Assembly (NCBI GenBank): GCA_051252135.1
Contig: JBPOGH010000010.1
Location: 128,130-192,129 of the forward strand
Reading direction: 5' to 3'
DNA length: 64,000 bases
Origin: Verrucomicrobiaceae bacterium
GTDB taxonomy: Bacteria > Verrucomicrobiota > Verrucomicrobiia > Verrucomicrobiales > Akkermansiaceae
Positions within the stretch are counted from its first letter, which is position 1, and each line of letters begins with the position of its first letter. The notes below the pieces were generated by a model that was given only the letters and a program-made list of their open reading frames with translations, searched no databases and was not told the DNA's origin. Shown in pieces: positions 56,940-64,000 of this stretch. Both the position numbers and the translations under genes were made by a program.

Positions 56940-57082
56940 GCGGGAGAAGCGGGAGGGTAACGGGGAGGAGAGATGCTGGCAAAAAAAATGACGGTTTCGG
57001 TAGAGTGTTATCGGGAAAAGCTTGTCGATTTTCCGGGTAAGTCACCAGGAGGGGAGGGGAGTAAAAAACTCCTGGCGAGGAA

Positions 57083-59635
57083 ATGGACTCGACGCCATCG
57101 CGGGAAGAGTTCAATCAACAGGACGTGAATCAGAGGAGAAAGTTAATCATTGGCACCGTTTTAGGGAGCCTGTTGGTTTGTGGGTCCGTGGCAGCAGATG
57201 AGATGGAATCCCTGAGGGAACGGACGATTGCGCTGATTCAGGCCGAGGAAATGACCTTGGTTCTGTCGCCGCGTCATGCGGCAATTGTTTCGTGGCTGGA
57301 AGAAGGGCCGGAGAGTTTTCGGGCCCGCCTGAACGAGGATCTGGCGTCTTTATCGAAAGGAAGATTTATTGAGGAGGAGATCGGCTGGAAGGAGGGAGAG
57401 GGAGCCATCCAACAGCGGTATCTGGCTCTGGGAGAGTCGGTTCGGGACTTATCGAGGGGCGAAAATCCGTTTGGGGTCATCATGCCGGGAGTGAAGAATT
57501 GGCGACTTTCGAATCTGGGGGTGGTGTCTGTTGATTTGGATGTATCGGGTCAGTTGACTCTCCAGACGAAGCTGGAGGCATCGGGGAAGTTGCGGAGCGG
57601 GGAGGCTTTTGGGTTTAAGGGAGAGCAGGAAATTGTTTGGCAAAAAGAGGGGGAGGAGTGGGTTCTTTCCGAGTGGAATCAGCAGAGTGCGAAGGTGTCT
57701 CTGGCGAAGAAGACCTTTTTCTCGGATGTGAGCAAAACGGCGGTTCCGGATTCGAGCGCTTTCTGGAAGATGCAGAAGTTCGAGAAGAAGCATATGATTG
57801 ACAGTGCGATGAGGACGGGGGTGACGCCTGTGCCTGATCGGAAGTATCTGCCTTACATCTCGGCGGAAAATGACGTAAGCTATCCATCGGTGGCGGTGGT
57901 GGATTACGATGGGGACGGGTTTGAGGATTTGTTTTTGAATTCAGATTGGGATGCGGCGCAGATGTTGCGGAACAAGGGAGACGGGACGTTTGAGGATGTG
58001 ACGCGGGAGACGGGACTTCGTTTCAACCATTCCACGACCTGCGCGGTGTTCGTGGATTTCGACAACGACGGGGACAAGGATGCGTTTATCGGGCGCTCAC
58101 AGGAGCCTTCGGTTTTTCTGGAGAACCGGGAGGGAAAGTTTCACGATGTGACGGCGGAGAAGACGAACCTGGGAGATCTTTATTTTGTCTCGGCGGTTTC
58201 GGTTTGTGACTTTAACCGGGACGGGTTGCCTGATCTTTATGCGAGCACTTATGGTCCGGTGGCCCATGCGAATCCGCGGTGGGAGAGTGTGATGTTGCCG
58301 AAGGAGGAGTGGGAGATTTTTCAGGAAAAGGAAAAGGGAGAGCACCGCTGGTTCAATCTGATCGGGAGTGCGAATGTGCTGATGATCAACCAAGGGGACG
58401 GGAAATTTAAGCGGCATCCTTATGATGAGTTGATTTCGCAATGGCGTCGTTCCTTTCAATCGGTGTGGGGCGACTTCGATGGGGATGGGGATGATGATTT
58501 GTATATTTGCAACGACTTTGCGCCGGACGAGTTGCTTCGGAATGACACGCCAAAGGGCGGGATGGAGCCGGTGTTTGTGAATGTGTCGGCGGAGGCGTTT
58601 GCGAGCAAGCCGTTGGGATTCGGGATGGGGGCCAGCTGGGGGGATTATGACGGGGACGGGGATTTGGATCTTTATGTGTCGAATATGTATTCGAAAGCGG
58701 GGAAGCGGATCATCAAGCAGATGGGGGCGGTGAATGAGCGGGTGAAGGCGGCGGCGGCGGGGAATTTTCTTTATGAGTTTGAGGATGGGAAATTTCATCA
58801 ACGGGCGGGCTCAGAGGAGGGGGAGCAGCAGGTCAATGTGGTGGGGTGGTCTTATGGCGGGCAGTTCGGGGATTTTAACAATGACGGGGAAACGGACCTG
58901 TATGTGCCGAGCGGGTATTACTCGGCGCCGGAGGAGCACTCGACCTTTGTGGATACGTGAAGTTGTCTTTGGCGCTCGGTCGTGCGCGATGATCCGGACA
59001 AGCCCGAGGGTTTTGCGGAGGATGAGGTCTGGGACCTGCAGAAATTTACGGGTGAGTTGATTGTGCCGAATCAGGGGGATGGGTTGGGAGGTGCTGCGAG
59101 TTCGATGCTGAAGAGCCATTCGCTTTCGGGGAATGAGAGGAATCGATTTTTCCTGCGGGAGGGTGATCAGTATGAGGATCTCACCTTGATCTCGGGAGTT
59201 GATTTCGGGGAAGACGGGCGGGGGTTTGCGCGGATGGATTTTGATCAGGACGGGTATCTTGACCTGGTGGTGACCTCTTTGGCGGAGCCACGGGTGAGGC
59301 TGATGAGGAACGGGATGGCTGACTTTGGAGCGAAGAAGAATGTCTTCACGCTGGATCTGCGTGGGCGGAATGAAACGGCCCAGGCATCGAAGGAATTCAG
59401 TAATCGGGACGCGATCGGGGCGAGGGTGCTGGTGACCTATCCTTCGGGGAAGAAGGTGGCGATGCAGAAGCAATGTGGTGAAGGGTTCTCGGTGCAGAAC
59501 CCGGGAGTATTGCGGGTGACGTGGGGTGAGGGGGACTTTCCTGTGTTGGTTCTGGTGCGCTGGCCGTCGGGGAAGGAATTCGAGCTGAAGCCGGATCCGG
59601 AGACGGCTCATTATGAGTTGGTTGAGCCGAAGTAG
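57083..59635 (+). CDS. Secreted FG-GAP repeat + ASPIC/UnbV (CRTAC1-like) protein read through an in-frame TGA at 58958-58960; candidate selenoprotein (alternatively a split gene or pseudogene; start may be GTG 57125)
   Basis: ORFs 57083-58960 and 58982-59635 share a frame and are separated by one TGA; DxDxDG repeats on both sides; SNRDAIGARV...GEGFSVQN...VRWPSG at the C-terminus. Confidence 0.7.
58961..59001 (+). promoter_or_regulatory. Candidate bacterial SECIS element
   Basis: GCGC-U-C[GGUC]G-U-GCGC (58972-58987) with the loop starting 17 nt after the UGA; lower stem UUGUC (58963-58967)/GACAA (58997-59001). Confidence 0.55.
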
Positions 59636-59681
59636 GGTGTTGGGGCTTGATTTTTTGGAGGGATCGTGGCCTGTGGGGTGA

Positions 59682-60515
59682 ATGAGAGGGCTCCTGTTGA
59701 TGTCATTTTTTCTGCTGTTGGGCATCGGTTCCACGCTGCGTGGAGAAGAGGAGCTTCCGACGGAGGTGGTGGTTTTGCAGGAAGGTCTGACGGCGAAAAA
59801 GGAGGAGTTGCGGAAGGCGCTTATTGTTCAGCTAGAGGTTCTGAAGGAGAGCCATGCCAAAGCGAAAAATTTCACCGCGGTGGGGGAAGCTCATACGTTG
59901 GTGGAAGCTTTTTCAAAGAAGGCTGATACCAAAGTGAGAGAGCCGGGTGATGCGGGTCTTAAGAAACTGATTTTCCTTTATGATGCCAGAGTGGAGAAGC
60001 TTGATGGGATTTATCGCGCTGAATTGGTGAAGCTGGAGCGCAGTTTCGAGAGGAGTGGAAAGAGGGTGGAGGCGAAGCAAATCAGGATGTTGGTCGGGGA
60101 GTTTGATTTGGAGACGTTTCGGGATGCTCCGTTGGCCCAAATCAAGGTGAAGGCGACGGTGCGGGTGAGTGCGGAAAAGCTCGTGGAAGGAACGGCCCGG
60201 CTATCCGGTGGATTTCGGCCGCGGATCGGGAAGGTGGATGAGTCGCTTCAGGGGAGCGAATTTTTGAGGGTGCCCTGGCAGTCGAAGCCGGTTTTCACGA
60301 TTGAGGGGTTGGAAGATGGGAATCTTTTTGTGGTGGAACGGGAGCCGGGGAAGTTGACGGGGCTCAGTGTGGCGAGCGAACCGCTCAAGGGGCTGGTGAA
60401 GGGGGATTGGATCAATAGGGCGATCTTTCACCGGGTGTATCTCAGGGAGGGGGAGAAGATCGTGGTGAGCTCCGCGGAGGGGATGTTGATTGCAGGCACG
60501 ATCAAGGTGAATTGA
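59682..60515 (+). CDS. Hypothetical secreted protein
   Basis: Signal peptide; helical N-half and beta-rich C-half; no recognised motif. Confidence 0.65.
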   Translation: MRGLLLMSFFLLLGIGSTLRGEEELPTEVVVLQEGLTAKKEELRKALIVQLEVLKESHAKAKNFTAVGEAHTLVEAFSKKADTKVREPGDAGLKKLIFLYDARVEKLDGIYRAELVKLERSFERSGKRVEAKQIRMLVGEFDLETFRDAPLAQIKVKATVRVSAEKLVEGTARLSGGFRPRIGKVDESLQGSEFLRVPWQSKPVFTIEGLEDGNLFVVEREPGKLTGLSVASEPLKGLVKGDWINRAIFHRVYLREGEKIVVSSAEGMLIAGTIKVN

Positions 60516-60717
60516 GTCCGGTTTGAAGGAATGCCGGTCAGTGGGCTTGGCCGGCGGGAAGATTGAAGGGGTGATTCCTCCCAAGAGGCTTTCCGACAGG
60601 GGTAAGGAGAGTTCATCATTACCAATCCCCGCCGATTTTATTACTTGTAATACTAATTATTTCGGATGAGACTCCCCGCCGCGAGGACCCCCAAAGGATC
60701 CCTAATCAAGCAAATCA

Positions 60718-61509
60718 ATGAAACAAGCACTACTTATTATCTCGGCTATGACCGCTGGTATCACTGCAGCAACTGCGGCGACCACTTCCATCAGCCTCAC
60801 CGGCCTCACCGGAATTCCCGACGGAGCCATTTCGGGCACCGGAGCACCTCTCCAGTCCCAGAATGGCACCGCATTCACTTTCGACGAAACGACTGGAATC
60901 GCGACCAGCACCGGTTCCTGGCTTCGTGGCCGTTATGTTGGCGGCAGCGGCAACCCTTCCGGAACAGTTGCTCTTGCGGCTGGAGACAACCTCATTATCA
61001 CGGGTCTGTTTTCGACGACCGGTAATGCCGATGGAAACCATGAAGGCCAAATCGGGATTGGTTCTACGGCTGCCGGTTTTGGAGCCGAGATCGTTGATAT
61101 CGGATTCAACTTCAACAACGACGGAAAAGTCGGGGTAACCAATGGAGCAGGAAATGCCTTTGGAGATATTGCACCTGCTGACTACACGATCGGAGATTTG
61201 ATCGGTTATACCTTCGATATAACCAAGACAACCACCGCCCAGGAATGGACCTTGTCTTTGACGCTCGACAATATCACACAAGCCAAAACCGGAATCATTT
61301 CAACGAGTGGCGTGACTTACGTCGAGCCTACCGGAACGACGAACTCCTACACTGATCCTGCCGTCTACGTGGGCTTCCAGTCACTTGCGAATGGTGCTGG
61401 TGGATCGGGCAATACGTTCAACCTTCATGTTGCCAACGCGATTCCGGAGCCTGCTTCGATCCTGCTGACCAGCCTTGCCGGTTTGGCTATCTTCCGCCGC
61501 CGTCGCTAG
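60718..61509 (+). CDS. PEP-CTERM sorting domain-containing surface protein
   Basis: Signal peptide; Gly/Thr-rich; IPEPASILLTSLAGLAIFRRRR. Confidence 0.92.
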   Translation: MKQALLIISAMTAGITAATAATTSISLTGLTGIPDGAISGTGAPLQSQNGTAFTFDETTGIATSTGSWLRGRYVGGSGNPSGTVALAAGDNLIITGLFSTTGNADGNHEGQIGIGSTAAGFGAEIVDIGFNFNNDGKVGVTNGAGNAFGDIAPADYTIGDLIGYTFDITKTTTAQEWTLSLTLDNITQAKTGIISTSGVTYVEPTGTTNSYTDPAVYVGFQSLANGAGGSGNTFNLHVANAIPEPASILLTSLAGLAIFRRRR

Positions 61510-61539
61510 GACGAGGGTCGCGAACTCAGATATTTGCAG

Positions 61540-61570
61540 AACGCGTGATCGTGAGATCACGCGTTTTTTT
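61540..61570 (+). terminator. Intrinsic terminator
   Basis: aacgcgtgatc-GTGA-gatcacgcgtt followed by a T run. Confidence 0.9.
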
Positions 61571-61614
61571 ATGCCCGGAAAGGAGATGAGCCATCCCCTG
61601 TCGGTCTTGTGGTT

Positions 61615-63729
61615 TTATTGAAGCGGGAACTGCAGTGACTTTGCGAGGAAGCTGTATTTATCGACGACTTGTTCGATTTGTTTGGAGGTGGGGGTGCCGG
61701 CGCCGTGTCCTGATTTGGACTCGATGCGGATGAGGACGGGGGCGGGGCCGGCTTGGGCGGCCTGGAGGGCGGCGGCGAACTTGTAGGAGTGTGAGGGGAC
61801 GACGCGGTCGTCATGATCCGAGGTGGTGATCATGGTGGCGGGGTAGCTTTTTCCAGGCAGGCAGTTGTGGTAGGGGGAGTAGCCGAGGAGGTATTTAAAT
61901 TCGTCGGCGTTGTCATCGGGGAAGCCGTATTCGGACTGCCAGGCCCAGCCGATGGTGAACTTTTGGAAGCGGATCATGTCCATGACGCCGACGGCGGGGA
62001 GGGCGGCGGCGTAGAGGTCCGGGCGTTGGGTGAGGCAGGCGCCGACGAGGAGGCCGCCATTCGAGCCGCCGTGGATGGCGAGCTTTTTGGAGGAGGTGTA
62101 TTTTTGGGCGATGAGGTGTTCGGCGCAGGCGATGAAGTCATCGAAGACGTTTTGTTTTTTGAGTTTCATGCCGGCCTGGTGCCAGTCCTCGCCGTATTCG
62201 CCACCGCCGCGGAGGTTGGCGGAGACGTAGATGCCGCCCATGTCGAGCCAGGCGATGGTGGCGGGGGAGTAGCGGGGGAGGATGGAGATGTTGAAGCCGC
62301 CGTAGGCGTAGAGGAGGGTGGGGTTTTGTCCGTTGAGCTGGAGGCCTTTTTTATGGACGACGAACATGGGGACTTTGGTGCCGTCCTTTGAGGGGGCGAA
62401 GATTTGGGTGGTCTGGTAGTCGTCCTCGTTGAACCTGGTGTCCGGTTTTTTGAAGAGGGTGGAGGTGTTTGTTTTGATGTCGTAGCGGAAGATGGCGCCG
62501 GGGGAGGTGAAGGAGCTGAAGGAGTAGAAGGTTTCGTTTTGGTCCGATTTGCCGGAGAAGCCGCCGGCGGTGCCGAGGCCGGGGAGGGCGATGGGGCCGA
62601 GGGGTGAGCCATCGAGCTGGAAGCGGCGGAGGCTGGTGTGGGCGTCCTTCATGTAATTGGCGATGAGGATGCCGCCGACGTGGGAGACGGAGCGGAGGGT
62701 GTCAGGTGCTTCGGGGATGATTGTTTTCCAGTGGGCGCGGGCGGGCTTTTCGAGGTTGATGGCGATGAGTTTGAGCTTGGGGGCATCGAGATCGGTCTGG
62801 AGGTAGAAGGTGGATCCGACGTTTCCGATGAAGGTGTAGGAGGCGTCGAAGTCCGGGAGGAGTTCGACGACCGGGGAGTCGGGTTGGGAGAGGTCGCGGT
62901 AGAAGAAGCCGTTTTTGGTGTCGGTGCCCCGGGAGACGTCGATGAGGAGGTAGCGGCCGTCCTCGGTGAGGCCGGCGTAGAGGCCCCATTTGGGGTGGTC
63001 GGGGCGTTCGTAGACGATTTGGTCATCGGATTGGGGGGTGCCGACTTTGTGGAAGTAGATTTTTTTATGGGTGTTTTGGGCCATCATTTCCTCGCCTTTT
63101 TTGGGGGTGGGGAAGCGGCCGTAGTAGAAGCCGGAGTTGTCCCTGGCCCAGGTGGCGCCGGAGAACTTGGACCATTTCAAGTGATCGGGGAGGTCTTTGC
63201 CGGTGGCGATATCGCGGACTTTCCATTCGATCCAGTCGGAGCCGGAGGCGGAAGTGGAGTAGGCCATGAGCTTGCCGTCGTGGGAGATCTCGTAGTCCTT
63301 GAGGGCGACGGTGCCATCGGCGGAGAGGGTGTTGGGATCGAGGAGGACGGTGGGTTCGTGGTCGAGGGAGGAGGTGGTGTAGAGGACGGATTGGTTTTGG
63401 AGGCCGTCGTTTTTGGAGAAGAAGTAGCGATCGCCCTCGAGGAAGGGAGTGCCGTAGCGTTCGACATTCCAGAGTTTGGTGAGGTGGGACTTGAGGGATT
63501 CGCGTCCGGGGATGGCGGAGAGGAATTTTTCGGTGAGCGCGTTTTGCTCTTCGATCCAGGTGTGGGTTTGTTCGGAGTTGAGGTCTTCGAGCCAGCGGTA
63601 GGGGTCGGGAACGGTGACGCCGTGGATGGTATCGGTGTGATCGGTGGGGTGGGAGTCGGGGTAGGATAGGGGGGCGGAGAGAAGAAGAGAGGAGGAGATG
63701 AGAGGGAGGAGCAACAAGAGATTTTTCAT
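61615..63729 (-). CDS. Prolyl oligopeptidase (S9A)
   Basis: DPYRWLED; YGGF; RGGGEYG; GGSNGG; DDRV; GHG. Confidence 0.96.
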   Translation of the reverse strand: MKNLLLLLPLISSSLLLSAPLSYPDSHPTDHTDTIHGVTVPDPYRWLEDLNSEQTHTWIEEQNALTEKFLSAIPGRESLKSHLTKLWNVERYGTPFLEGDRYFFSKNDGLQNQSVLYTTSSLDHEPTVLLDPNTLSADGTVALKDYEISHDGKLMAYSTSASGSDWIEWKVRDIATGKDLPDHLKWSKFSGATWARDNSGFYYGRFPTPKKGEEMMAQNTHKKIYFHKVGTPQSDDQIVYERPDHPKWGLYAGLTEDGRYLLIDVSRGTDTKNGFFYRDLSQPDSPVVELLPDFDASYTFIGNVGSTFYLQTDLDAPKLKLIAINLEKPARAHWKTIIPEAPDTLRSVSHVGGILIANYMKDAHTSLRRFQLDGSPLGPIALPGLGTAGGFSGKSDQNETFYSFSSFTSPGAIFRYDIKTNTSTLFKKPDTRFNEDDYQTTQIFAPSKDGTKVPMFVVHKKGLQLNGQNPTLLYAYGGFNISILPRYSPATIAWLDMGGIYVSANLRGGGEYGEDWHQAGMKLKKQNVFDDFIACAEHLIAQKYTSSKKLAIHGGSNGGLLVGACLTQRPDLYAAALPAVGVMDMIRFQKFTIGWAWQSEYGFPDDNADEFKYLLGYSPYHNCLPGKSYPATMITTSDHDDRVVPSHSYKFAAALQAAQAGPAPVLIRIESKSGHGAGTPTSKQIEQVVDKYSFLAKSLQFPLQ

Positions 63730-63732
63730 GGA

Positions 63733-63906
63733 TTAGCGGGGATAAACTTGGTCGGTGAAGGATTCGATTTCAGAGATGATGCGTTCGGGGGCGACGTGGA
63801 AGAGGTCGTTGTGTCCGGCTTCGTCGATGGAGACGAGGCACTTGTGGTGGGCGGGGCAGAGGCGGTGGAGTTCCTCGCCGTGGGAGTGGGAGATGACGCG
63901 GTCATC
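63733..63906 (-). pseudogene. Start-less duplicated 3' fragment (57 codons + stop) of an alpha/beta hydrolase
   Basis: DDRVISHSHGEELHRLCPAHHKCLVSIDEAGHNDLFHVAPERIISEIESFTDQVYPR*. Confidence 0.7.
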
Positions 63907-63919
63907 GATGCTTCATGGA

Positions 63920-64000
63920 TTAACGGGGATAAACTTGGTCGGTGAAGGATTCGATTTCAGAGATGATGCGTTCGGGGGCGACGTGGAAGAGGTCGTTGTG
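63920..64000 (-). CDS. 3' end of an alpha/beta hydrolase continuing beyond the window
   Basis: HNDLFHVAPERIISEIESFTDQVYPR*; tandem duplicate 187 bp away. Confidence 0.65.
   Translation of the reverse strand, partial: HNDLFHVAPERIISEIESFTDQVYPR

Noticed and set aside
696..63669. Many long overlapping or antisense ORFs (e.g. 914-1954, 5237-6622, 15538-16881, 17024-18463, 21800-23164, 46952-48457, 49466-50797)
   Set aside because: Shadows of well-supported genes in high-GC, strongly skewed DNA; low-complexity translations with no motifs

Overview
A 64-kb chromosomal segment from a high-GC bacterium, very probably a verrucomicrobium (PVC superphylum). This is inferred from four PEP-CTERM genes, two Rhodopirellula/Verrucomicrobium-type ECF sigma + FecR pairs, a DUF1553/DUF1549 (PSD1) + DUF1501 module, DUF1080 and a sulfatase. 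Most content is housekeeping or envelope: rapA, a MacAB-TolC-like exporter, asnS, cbpA/cbpM, a C-terminal protease, a GldAFG-like ABC system, an L,D-transpeptidase, a PPIase, a GH2 enzyme and prolyl oligopeptidase. I recognised no rRNA, tRNA, CRISPR array, integrase or transposase. Main observations: (1) A secreted FG-GAP + ASPIC/UnbV gene (57083-59635) is interrupted by one in-frame TGA (D-T-[TGA]-S-C-L-W-R). A hairpin with a GGUC loop starts 17 nt later, resembling a bacterial SECIS, so this is a candidate selenoprotein. It lies divergent from a heme-c (CxxCH) + FG-GAP lipoprotein. (2) Two ~1.19-kb integrase-free insertions each carry a PEP-CTERM gene and are flanked by a duplicated 3' end of the convergent neighbour gene; a third, cargo-free 3'-end duplication lies at the window end. 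(3) An orphan GriC/GriD (EhpF/EhpG)-like carboxylate-reductase operon with an Fe-ADH and a beta-propeller lipoprotein. (4) An MbnP-MbnH fusion. (5) REP-like elements, one with an expanded (CTATGGGG)10 tract, and a dispersed heptamer repeat family. (6) A recurring -10 box exactly 6 nt before start codons, suggesting leaderless mRNAs. All family assignments come from motif recognition by eye; no database search was run.
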